Below the pieces are notes generated by a model. It worked only from the letters and a program-made list of their open reading frames with translations, had not been told where the DNA came from and did not search any database. The position numbers and the translations under genes were made by a program. A stretch of DNA of 28,231 nt from a virus (lineage: Duplodnaviria > Caudoviricetes): IMG/VR virus record IMGVR_UViG_3300034119_000759, positions 1 to 28,231 of that record. One strand, 5' to 3'. Below, one piece after another: positions 13,536 through 21,753 of the stretch (position 1 is its first letter; each line of letters starts with the position of its first letter).

Positions 13536-14404
13536 ACGAGAAGCACGGCGACAGGTTCGCCGCGTATCATGGTGATTGTGTCGACGTGGTCGGCCAGTTG
13601 CCGGACAACAGCGTAGGATTTTCGGTTTACTCGCCGCCGTTCGGCTCCCTGTTCGTCTACTCCGAATCGATCAGCGACATGGGCAACAGCACCGATGAGC
13701 AGTTCCGCGACCAGTATGCGTTCCTGGTCCGCGAGAAGCTGCGCGTGACCAAGCCAGGGCGCCTGACTGCGGTGCATTGCTCCGATCTGCCGCTCACGAA
13801 GTGGAAGGACGGCGCGGTTGGCATCAAGGATTTCAGCGGCGACATCATCCGCATCCACGAAGAGGCCGGGTGGATACTGCACTCACGCCGGACGATCTGG
13901 AAATGCCCGGTCGTCGAGATGACGCGCACGAAGCACGTCGGCCTGCTCTACAAGCAACTCCAGAAGGACAGCGCCAAGAGCCGGGGAGGGATGCCCGACT
14001 ACCTGCTGACGTTCGTCAAGCCGGGCGACAATGCCGAGCCGATCAATCACACGCCGGAAAACTTCCCGCTGGACCAGTGGCAGGAATGGGCCTCGCCGGT
14101 ATGGATGAGCGTCAACCAGACGCGCGTTTTGAACGTCAAGGCCGCGCGCAACGCCAACGACGAGCGCCACCTGTGCCCGCTACAGCTCGACGTGATCGAC
14201 CGGGCGCTGGTCATGTGGTCCAACCCTGGCGACGTGGTGCTGAGCCCGTTTATGGGCATCGGCAGCGAGGGTTACTGCTCACTCAAGGCAAAGCGTCGTT
14301 TCATCGGCGTCGAGTTGAAGGCCGAATACTTCAATCAGGCGTGCCGCACTCTTGGCGACGTGGAGGCCAGCGCCGCGACCCTGTTTGACGATATGGCGGC
14401 GTAG
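13514..14404 (+). CDS. Beta-class amino DNA methyltransferase (N4-C or N6-A)
   Basis: GDC, catalytic SPPF, HLCP, SNPGDVVLSPFMGIGSEG SAM motif, GVEL. Confidence 0.9.
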   Translation: MATIRCLNEKHGDRFAAYHGDCVDVVGQLPDNSVGFSVYSPPFGSLFVYSESISDMGNSTDEQFRDQYAFLVREKLRVTKPGRLTAVHCSDLPLTKWKDGAVGIKDFSGDIIRIHEEAGWILHSRRTIWKCPVVEMTRTKHVGLLYKQLQKDSAKSRGGMPDYLLTFVKPGDNAEPINHTPENFPLDQWQEWASPVWMSVNQTRVLNVKAARNANDERHLCPLQLDVIDRALVMWSNPGDVVLSPFMGIGSEGYCSLKAKRRFIGVELKAEYFNQACRTLGDVEASAATLFDDMAA

Positions 14405-15130
14405 ATGGCCAAGTTTGACACCTGGATGCCGATCTACTGGGGCGACTACGCCAAGGACACCGGCCACCTTGGCGCAGTCCACCACGGCGCATACTTGATG
14501 CTCCTGAAGCACTATTGGGTTACAGGCGCACCCCTGCCAGCCGATGACGCCCAACTCTGGCGCATCGCCTGCGCTGACAGCTTGGCACACTGGAAGAAGA
14601 TCAAGGGCGTCGTGCTGGCCTTCTTTGAATTGGAGGACGGCGTGCTGCGCCATGGCCGCGTCGAACACGAACTCGCAAATGCTCAAGGCAATGCCGAACG
14701 ACGTGCTGAAATGGCGAGGCGGGCGGCTGAGGCGAGGTGGAACAAGGAGCAATCAGATGCTCCGGGCAATGCGCCGCGCATGCGCCGGGCAATGCGCGGA
14801 GAATGCCCGCCACCTTCACCTTCAGATAATCCTCATGGAGAGACCATTGTTGACGCCGGGCGCGCGTCGGCTAGCCCTGACGGGCCGCCGCGCTCCCGGC
14901 TTCCGGACAGCGCAAAGTGGGCAACGCGCCTGGATAGCTACAGCCCGTGGTTGCCTGTCAACGATCCAGCGCGCGGCAAGTGGTTGCCGACTTGGGGGCT
15001 ACCGCCAGACAGTTCTGGGCGCAATCCGCTGCTGCCCGTCGAGCTTTTGAAGGCTTGGCAGGCAAGGCGTGCGCTTGAGACTGCCACCGCACCCATCCTC
15101 TCGGAGTGGCGAAGTGAGGCCATGCAATGA
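14405..15130 (+). CDS. Replication initiator, DUF1376/YdaU-type
   Basis: WMPIYWGDYAKDTGHL...HGAYLMLLKHYW N-terminal signature; internal repeats; PPPSPS linker. Confidence 0.85.
   Translation: MAKFDTWMPIYWGDYAKDTGHLGAVHHGAYLMLLKHYWVTGAPLPADDAQLWRIACADSLAHWKKIKGVVLAFFELEDGVLRHGRVEHELANAQGNAERRAEMARRAAEARWNKEQSDAPGNAPRMRRAMRGECPPPSPSDNPHGETIVDAGRASASPDGPPRSRLPDSAKWATRLDSYSPWLPVNDPARGKWLPTWGLPPDSSGRNPLLPVELLKAWQARRALETATAPILSEWRSEAMQ
14757..14806. repeat. Putative origin iterons inside initiator gene
   Basis: ATGC at 14757, 14769, 14780, 14792, 14803 (11-12 bp period); CCGGGCAATGCGC exact at 14762 and 14785. Confidence 0.55.
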
Positions 15131-15158
15131 ACGCCAGCAAAACCTTTATGGGGAACGC

Positions 15159-15350
15159 ATGAGCCCGCCCTGGCACCCGATGGCAACCGCTCCCCGCGAC
15201 AGGCCCATCATCGTCTATTGCCCTGAGAAGCATGGGCTGCAGGCAATGGCTTCGATCTGCGAATGGCATCCTGACGCCGGTTTCTGCGTTGATGAGTTGC
15301 GGGAGCCGACATGCTGGACGGAGATTCCGACACAGGAGTCGATGCAATGA
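15159..15350 (+). CDS. DUF551-like hypothetical protein
   Basis: WHPMATAPRD..IIVY and PTCWTEIP motifs. Confidence 0.7.
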   Translation: MSPPWHPMATAPRDRPIIVYCPEKHGLQAMASICEWHPDAGFCVDELREPTCWTEIPTQESMQ

Positions 15351-15640
15351 GGGGGCGGCCACGAATTGCCAAGGCGCATTACGACGCGCGCCACGGCTGG
15401 GAATATTTGAATCACGCGGGCGAGTGGCACAGTTGCCCGCCGCCGTTTTCCACCCATGAGCAGGCAATTGCCTACGCCCTCGACAGACTGCGCGCCAACG
15501 CGGATTCCCCATATTCGGTGATTGTCGACGCGCGGGCCGCGTTGGAATGGGCAGGCAATCTTTCTCGTACTGATGGCGCCGACTCAGCCACAGGCAAAGG
15601 TCAGGACACCCAAACCCACCCACAGGAGAAGCGGAGATGA
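15347..15640 (+). CDS. Hypothetical protein (97 aa)
   Basis: AGGAG upstream, ATGA overlap. Confidence 0.6.
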   Translation: MRGRPRIAKAHYDARHGWEYLNHAGEWHSCPPPFSTHEQAIAYALDRLRANADSPYSVIVDARAALEWAGNLSRTDGADSATGKGQDTQTHPQEKRR

Positions 15641-15762
15641 CTGAGGAAGAAGCGAAGACAAAATGGTGCCCGGCAGCGAAGATACCGCTCGGCTCATTGT
15701 GCATCGCTCTCCGTGCCCGCGCCGCCCTCTCACAGACAGAGGCAGAGGAGGCCAAGGCATGA
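15637..15762 (+). CDS. Hypothetical 41-aa protein (MTEEEAKTKWCP..., not in ORF track)
   Basis: AGGAG upstream; ATGA overlaps at both ends. Confidence 0.6.
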   Translation: MTEEEAKTKWCPAAKIPLGSLCIALRARAALSQTEAEEAKA

Positions 15763-15944
15763 GCGCCAGACCCGCAGGCTGGTATTGGGTCAAACGCCTC
15801 TCCGATGAAGACTGGCAGCCCGCTCAATGGGCTCCAATGAGGGAATATCCCGGCGAGTGGCGCTGGGAATTCTTTTTCTATCGCGGCGAAATCCACCGTG
15901 GACGCATCTATCGCGTCGGAAAGCGCATCCATGCTCCAACTTAA
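15759..15944 (+). CDS. Trp-rich hypothetical protein (61 aa)
   Basis: SD GAGGAGG; RPAGWYWVK motif. Confidence 0.7.
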   Translation: MSARPAGWYWVKRLSDEDWQPAQWAPMREYPGEWRWEFFFYRGEIHRGRIYRVGKRIHAPT

Positions 15945-16155
15945 CCCGCCAATCCCTGTGACCGTGATCAGTGAAGAACTGCCGCCGGGCGTTAGAGACG
16001 AGTCCCGGCGCGGCTGGTGCTACGCCTGGAAGGAGTGCGGCATTGACGGCCACCGTATGTGGGTCGTCGTCATGGACGCAACAGGCGAGGTGATCGACGT
16101 GCCGCAGCCGGAAATCCTTGTCGATCCTAATTGGAGCTACGGGAGGCGCACTTGA
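15931..16155 (+). CDS. Phage hypothetical protein (MLQLNPPIPV...)
   Basis: Overlaps neighbours; WVVVMDATGE..VPQPEI..NWSYGR. Confidence 0.7.
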   Translation: MLQLNPPIPVTVISEELPPGVRDESRRGWCYAWKECGIDGHRMWVVVMDATGEVIDVPQPEILVDPNWSYGRRT

Positions 16156-16457
16156 ACGGCAGAACTTGGACCGCAGACGACACCGCCACGCTCCGCCGTA
16201 TGGCTGGAGCCGGATATTCAGACGGCGAGATTGCCAACCATCTAGGCTTCGCCCGCGAGACGGTCACGCGCCGCCGCCTGTGCCTTGGCTACACCGCAGG
16301 CCTAAAGATTGGGAGAAGGCGCCGGTTTATTCGATTGGCGCGCGCCGTGAGTAGCCCAATCACATGCGGGGCCGGGCTCTATTCCAGCTATGATGGGTAT
16401 GAGATTGTCCAGAACGAATGGGAACGGGCGGCACAATCAATTCGCTTGACATCGTAA
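16152..16457 (+). CDS. GcrA-N-terminal-like HTH protein, candidate late-gene regulator
   Basis: SD GGGAGG, TTG start in TTGA overlap; WTADDTATLRRMAGAGYSDGEIANHLG; last gene before terS. Confidence 0.6.
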   Translation: MNGRTWTADDTATLRRMAGAGYSDGEIANHLGFARETVTRRRLCLGYTAGLKIGRRRRFIRLARAVSSPITCGAGLYSSYDGYEIVQNEWERAAQSIRLTS

Positions 16458-16475
16458 ATCACAACTCGATAACTG
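16446..16475 (+). promoter_or_regulatory. Putative late promoter
   Basis: TTGACA 16446-16451 followed by GATAAC/TAACTG at 16-18 bp, ~70 nt upstream of terS. Confidence 0.45.
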
Positions 16476-16545
16476 GTTAGGCTGACCGCTCCACAACCGA
16501 GCATCAGCACATGGCTTCGGCCGTCCAGAATAGCAAAGAATAGCA

Positions 16546-16827
16546 ATGGCTCGCGGCTCAAAGCCCGGCGAGCGACGTGGCGGCCGGAAAAAGGGCTCGC
16601 TGAACAAGGCAACCGCCGACATCAAGGCGCTTGCCCAGACCTACACGTCTGAAGCTATGGAACGGCTGGCCGTTGTCATGCGGACCAGTGACAGCGACGC
16701 GGCGCGCGTGGCGGCAATCAAAGAGATATTCGAGCGCGGCCACGGCAAGGCTCCGCAGCCGCAGACGGGTGAGGGCGGCACCGGCCCTGTTCTATTGGCG
16801 ATCCAATGGCTACAGCCCAGCGCATAG
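16546..16827 (+). CDS. terS: Terminase small subunit
   Basis: GGRKKGSLNK..AMERL..ARVAAIKEIFERGHGK; overlaps terL. Confidence 0.8.
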   Translation: MARGSKPGERRGGRKKGSLNKATADIKALAQTYTSEAMERLAVVMRTSDSDAARVAAIKEIFERGHGKAPQPQTGEGGTGPVLLAIQWLQPSA

Positions 16828-18089
16828 TCATCCCCTACAGCCCGCGCCAAGCCTTCCTGCCGTTCCACGAGAGCAGCAAGCGGTGGCGCGTGATCGTGGC
16901 CCATCGCCGGGCGGGCAAGACCGTGGCGACCGTGAACCAGCTAATCCGGTCGGCGCTGACCTGCGACAAGCCCAGCCCGCGCTGCGCCTATGTCGCGCCT
17001 CTGTTCAAGCAGGCCAAGGACGTGGCGTGGTCCTACCTCAAGGAGTTCACGCGGCCTATTCCAGGAGCGGAAGCCAATGAAAGCGAGCTACGAGTTGATC
17101 TCCCCAACGGTGGACGTGTTCGGCTTTATGGCGCGGATAATCCCGACGGAATGCGCGGAATCTACCTGGATGATTGCGTACTCGATGAATTTGCCGACAT
17201 GCGCCCCCGAGTTCTCCCGGAGATCATTCGTCCTGCGCTTTCCGACCGCAAAGGCAGCCTGACCATCATCGGGACGCCGCGCGGGCATAACGACTTCTAC
17301 AAGGCTTGGCAGGCCGCACAGAATGATCCCGACTGGTATTCCGTTCTGCTCCGGGCCTCCGAAACCGGCCTTGTGGACGCCGAGGAACTGACCGCCGCGC
17401 GCAAGCTGATGACCCCGGAGCAGTACGAGCAGGAGTTTGAATGCTCGTTTAATGCCGCGATCCAGGGCGCGTATTGGGGCAAGGAGATGGCCGCCGCCGA
17501 TGAAGCGGGCCGCATTTGCCGAGTGCCAATCGACACGACGGCCGACGTGCTGACCGCGTGGGACTTGGGAGTTCGTGATGCCACGGCGATATGGTTTTTC
17601 CAAATTCTCGCGGGCGGGATCAACGTCGTGGACTTCTACGAAGCCTCTGGCGTTGGGCTCGACCATTACAGTCAAATTGTGCGGGAAAAGGCAGAAATGG
17701 GCAGTTATCGCCTTGGTGTCTGCCACGTCCCACACGACGCGAAGGTCAAAGAATGGGGCTCAGGCCGCACGCGCATAGAGCAGATGGAGGCGCTGGGCCT
17801 GCGCCCGGTGCTGGTGCCAGATCACCGGCTCAACGACGGGATTGCGGCGGCTCGCGAGACGCTCGCGCGTGTCCGCTTTGACGCGGTGCGCTGCAAGGAC
17901 GGTATCGAGGCATTGAAGCAATACCGGGCCGACTTTGACGAAGAGCGCAAGGTTCTAAAGCCCGCGCCTCGGCACGATTGGACCAGCCATGCCGCCGACG
18001 CTTTCCGCTATTTGGCGATGGGCTGGCAGGTCGAAACAAAAGCACAGGCAAAACTGCCCCGCGTTACGGGCGGTTGGATGGCCGCTTAG
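16806..18089 (+). CDS. terL: Terminase large subunit
   Basis: Walker A HRRAGKT, Walker B VLDE, GTPRG, nuclease WDLG..D and SHAADAFRY. Confidence 0.95.
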   Translation: MATAQRIVIPYSPRQAFLPFHESSKRWRVIVAHRRAGKTVATVNQLIRSALTCDKPSPRCAYVAPLFKQAKDVAWSYLKEFTRPIPGAEANESELRVDLPNGGRVRLYGADNPDGMRGIYLDDCVLDEFADMRPRVLPEIIRPALSDRKGSLTIIGTPRGHNDFYKAWQAAQNDPDWYSVLLRASETGLVDAEELTAARKLMTPEQYEQEFECSFNAAIQGAYWGKEMAAADEAGRICRVPIDTTADVLTAWDLGVRDATAIWFFQILAGGINVVDFYEASGVGLDHYSQIVREKAEMGSYRLGVCHVPHDAKVKEWGSGRTRIEQMEALGLRPVLVPDHRLNDGIAAARETLARVRFDAVRCKDGIEALKQYRADFDEERKVLKPAPRHDWTSHAADAFRYLAMGWQVETKAQAKLPRVTGGWMAA

Positions 18090-18154
18090 CATGAGCAACA
18101 TTATGTCCGACGCTCACGGGAGCGGGTTTCCAAAAATTGCGCGAGGCTGCTCCA

Positions 18155-20281
18155 ATGGCTGACACGACTCCCACACGCGGCGGCCCCTCGTCGCAAGGCG
18201 ACACAAAGGCGGACCTGCTGTCTCGCGCCCTTGCCCATGCCGACGAGGCGTGGAAGCAGGAATTTGACAACGTTTCGTCGGGTAGAGACTGCCAACGCTT
18301 CTATATCGGCGGCGAGGCGCAATGGGATTCGCAGGCCCTGAGCGACCGCAAGAGCGCCAACAGGCCAGCGTTGACCATGAACCGCTGCCCTGGGTTTGTG
18401 CGGCAGTTGACCGGCGAGGTGCGGCAGAACCCGCCCAGCGTGAAGGTTCTACCCGCCAAGGACGGCGCGACGGTCGAGGCGGCAGAAATCTTCAACGGCC
18501 TGATCCGGCACATTGAGCAGCAGAGCGTCGCCCGCGCGGCGTACACGAAGGCGGCGGAAAACGCGGCACAGGCTGGCATTGGCGGCTGGCGCATCGTCAC
18601 GCAGTACAGCGGCGACGACAGCTTCGACCAGGACATCCGCATCAAGCGAATCAATGACCCGTTCCAGATTCTGATCGACCCGCTCGCGCAAGAGCCGGAC
18701 AAGAGCGATATGCGCTATGGCTTCGTCTTTGAGGACATGGCGAAGGAGCAGTATCAGAAGCAATATCCAGACGTTCCTGCCGAGAGCCTGCCAACCAACG
18801 TCGCGGATCAGGCGTTTTCATGGCGCACGCTCGATACGGTCAAGATCGCGGAGTATTGGTATCGCGAGCCGGTCAAGAAGATGCTGCGCCTCCACGAGGA
18901 CGGCGCCGTCTCCTACGACGATGACGACACGCCGCCCGAATCGCCGGTAACGCAGCAGCGCGAGGTGGTGGTCCAGCAGGTCAAGTCCTGCCTGATGAGC
19001 GGCGGCGGCATCTTGCAGGGGCCGACCGATTGGGCCGGGCGGTACATTCCCATCTGCGTCGTGACCGGCGAAGAGATTTGGGCCGATGGCCGCGCCACTC
19101 GCAAGGGCATGATCCACGACATGAGGGACCCGCAGCGCGTCTACAACTACACGCGGACAGCGGCGGTTGAGGCCGTGGCGATGCAGCCTAAGGCGCCGTA
19201 CATCATGACGGCCAATCAGGCCAGCGGGTACGAGAACCAGTGGGCGCAGGCTGGCATCCGCAACGACGCCGCGCTGTTCTACAAGGGCGACCCGCTCGCC
19301 AATGGTCCGCCCAAGCGGTCGGAACCGCCTATCGCATCGCAGGGCCTAGACGTGCAGTCTCAGCTTGCGGTAAGCGACCTTGAAGGCGTCTCCGGCATCT
19401 ACAAAGCCGGGCTCGGCGCCCCCAGCAACGAAACCTCTGGCCGCGCCATCATGGCCCGCCAGCAGGAAGGCGACGTTGGAACGTACCTGTACATCGATAA
19501 CCTTTCAATCGCCGTGCAATATTGCGGCAAAATCTTAGTCGATCTGATTCCCAAGATTTACGACTCGACGCGCATCGTCCGCACGCTGGGCGAAGACGGC
19601 TCGACAAAGATGGTCGAGATTAACAAGCCAGACATGGACGAAAGCGGCATGGAGATCGTCCTAAACGACCTCAGCGCGGGCGAGTACGACGTGACCGTCA
19701 CCACCGGCCCGAGCTACTCCACGAAGCGCCAGGAGGCCACGGCCTTCATGACAGAGCTTGTCCGCTCGTTCCCCATGATCGCGGACATCGGCGGCGACAT
19801 CATCGTGGAGAACATGGACCTGCCGGGCGCCGACAAGCTGGCCGGTCGCCTCCGCGAGGCAATGGGCATCGACAAGGACGGCCAGAAGATCGAGGCCGAA
19901 CAGAAGCCGGACCCCGTCGAGGCGGCAAAGGCCATGAAGGACGCGGCGGCGACTGACAAGATCATCGCGGAGACGGAACAGATCCGGCTTGAAACCGGCC
20001 AGATGATGCTTTCGATGCAGGGGATGCTTGGGCAGCTTCAGCAGATCATGCCGCAGCTTCAGATGCTCACGCAGCAGGGCGAGCCTGGAGAGCAGCCGCC
20101 GATGCCGCCTGAAGGCATGGCGCCTCCGATGGAAGGTGGCCCGGAAATGGGCGGGATGCCGCCGAGCGGTCCAATGCTTGAAGGCATGTCTGATGGCCTG
20201 CCGCCGGTTGTGGAGATCGACGACGACACGGCCGGGCTTCCCCCGGTGATCGAGATTGGCGAGGCCGTTGCGCCCGCTTAA
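18155..20281 (+). CDS. Portal protein, P22-like
   Basis: ~700 aa after terL; RPALTMN, MRDPQRVYN, SGRAIMARQQEG, YDVTVTTGPSYSTKRQE. Confidence 0.92.
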   Translation: MADTTPTRGGPSSQGDTKADLLSRALAHADEAWKQEFDNVSSGRDCQRFYIGGEAQWDSQALSDRKSANRPALTMNRCPGFVRQLTGEVRQNPPSVKVLPAKDGATVEAAEIFNGLIRHIEQQSVARAAYTKAAENAAQAGIGGWRIVTQYSGDDSFDQDIRIKRINDPFQILIDPLAQEPDKSDMRYGFVFEDMAKEQYQKQYPDVPAESLPTNVADQAFSWRTLDTVKIAEYWYREPVKKMLRLHEDGAVSYDDDDTPPESPVTQQREVVVQQVKSCLMSGGGILQGPTDWAGRYIPICVVTGEEIWADGRATRKGMIHDMRDPQRVYNYTRTAAVEAVAMQPKAPYIMTANQASGYENQWAQAGIRNDAALFYKGDPLANGPPKRSEPPIASQGLDVQSQLAVSDLEGVSGIYKAGLGAPSNETSGRAIMARQQEGDVGTYLYIDNLSIAVQYCGKILVDLIPKIYDSTRIVRTLGEDGSTKMVEINKPDMDESGMEIVLNDLSAGEYDVTVTTGPSYSTKRQEATAFMTELVRSFPMIADIGGDIIVENMDLPGADKLAGRLREAMGIDKDGQKIEAEQKPDPVEAAKAMKDAAATDKIIAETEQIRLETGQMMLSMQGMLGQLQQIMPQLQMLTQQGEPGEQPPMPPEGMAPPMEGGPEMGGMPPSGPMLEGMSDGLPPVVEIDDDTAGLPPVIEIGEAVAPA

Positions 20282-20295
20282 CTACGAGGTGATTC

Positions 20296-20847
20296 GTGAG
20301 TGAGCCGGATATCAGGCTTCAGATCAAAGTTAAGAACGCTCGTATATTGCGGGCGATGAAAGCGGCCGGGATTGAGAATTCAGCCGCTCTTGCGCGCGCC
20401 GCCGGCCTTGAACCAACAACCGTTGGCGAGTTGGTAAACTTCAAGAAACGGCCAATCACGACCAAAGGCGAATGGCGGGAGGCTGCTCTCTCCATAGCGA
20501 CGGCCCTTCACCGGAGCCCGGAAGAGATTTGGCCGGAGCATCTGCAGCGCATCGCGGCACTCAAGACCGAGTGCGAGCTTGATCTGACCGTTGAGCAATT
20601 CGGCGCCATCAGCAACGGCGAGCAGTCGATACTGGATCGCGACACGGTGACGACGCTTCTAGCGAACCTTCCAGCCCGTGAGCGCTCAATCGTTGAGATG
20701 CGCTACGGCCTCAACGGCAACGGCGCTCATACGCTGGCTGAAACCGCCGATGAATACGGGATAGGCCCAGAGCGCGTTCGCCAAATCGAGATGAAAGCGT
20801 TTCGCCGGATGACAGACGCAGCCCGCACTAAAAGGATTGCCGCATGA
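20296..20847 (+). CDS. XRE-like HTH fused to sigma70 region 4
   Basis: SD GAGGTG; SAALARAAGLEPTTVGEL HTH; LPARERSIVEMRYGL..TLAE..GIGPERVRQIEMKAFRRM; no region 2. Confidence 0.85.
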   Translation: MSEPDIRLQIKVKNARILRAMKAAGIENSAALARAAGLEPTTVGELVNFKKRPITTKGEWREAALSIATALHRSPEEIWPEHLQRIAALKTECELDLTVEQFGAISNGEQSILDRDTVTTLLANLPARERSIVEMRYGLNGNGAHTLAETADEYGIGPERVRQIEMKAFRRMTDAARTKRIAA

Positions 20848-21704
20848 GCGATATTGACTTGGCCGCTATAGTGGCGGAAGATGCAAAGACTTCGGGCGCC
20901 GTTCCTGCACAGGAAGCGCCTGCTCCGGTCGAGGATACGGCGGAAGCGACCACCGCCCCGGCTGAAGAAGCCGCGGAAGAGCAGCCATCTGACGCCGAGG
21001 GCGACGCGCCCCAGTCGAAGAAACCGGGCGGCGGCTTCCAAAAGAGAATTTCAGAGCTAACCCGCGAAAAGCATGAGGCAAAGCGCGAAGCAGAGCAACT
21101 GCGCGAGATGCTGTCCAAGGCCCTGGGCCAGACGCAGCAGACCGCGCCGGCAGCCGAGCAGAGCGACGAGCCCCGTTCAGAGCAGTTTACCAGATACGAG
21201 GATTTCGTCGCGGCAAAGGCCGAATGGAAAGCGGAGCAGCGGATTCAGTCCACGCTCGGCAACCTCCAGAAGCAGGCCAGTGTCGCGGATCAGGAGAGGG
21301 CCAGGATCGAGGCCGTCAAGGTCTTTGAGCGCGAAGCAAAGGCTCAAGGCAAGGCGATTCAGGGGTTTGACGACGCGCTGGACATGGTGCGCTCCGATGA
21401 CTTCCCGATGACCCCGGCGGTTGCGGACTACCTTCTCAACGCCGACCACAAGGCGGCGCTGGTCAAGTATCTGGCGGACAATGAGGACGAGGCTTTCAGG
21501 CTTTCACGCCTAGGTGCAGTCGCGGTTGGCAGAGAACTGGCAAAGGTCGAGATGCGTTTCGCGTCGAAGCCCAAGCCGAAAACTTCATCGGCCCCGCCGC
21601 CGCCGGCAACAGTGTCCGGGGGCGCGGCAGCACCGCAATCGATCGAGCGCATGGGTCATAACGACGTGCTCAAGTGGGTACGTGAGTTGGACCAGAGGCG
21701 CTGA
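20844..21704 (+). CDS. Capsid scaffolding protein
   Basis: Acidic disordered N-terminus, FQKRISELT coiled coil, Pro-rich C-terminus; precedes coat gene. Confidence 0.85.
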   Translation: MSDIDLAAIVAEDAKTSGAVPAQEAPAPVEDTAEATTAPAEEAAEEQPSDAEGDAPQSKKPGGGFQKRISELTREKHEAKREAEQLREMLSKALGQTQQTAPAAEQSDEPRSEQFTRYEDFVAAKAEWKAEQRIQSTLGNLQKQASVADQERARIEAVKVFEREAKAQGKAIQGFDDALDMVRSDDFPMTPAVADYLLNADHKAALVKYLADNEDEAFRLSRLGAVAVGRELAKVEMRFASKPKPKTSSAPPPPATVSGGAAAPQSIERMGHNDVLKWVRELDQRR

Positions 21705-21753
21705 CGGAAGCGTTGGCGAGAGTTCGAGGGGCCTAACCCAAGGTTAGGTCATC

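Noticed and set aside
14958-15932. 324-aa minus-strand ORF
   Set aside because: Shadow of several coupled plus-strand genes; no motif
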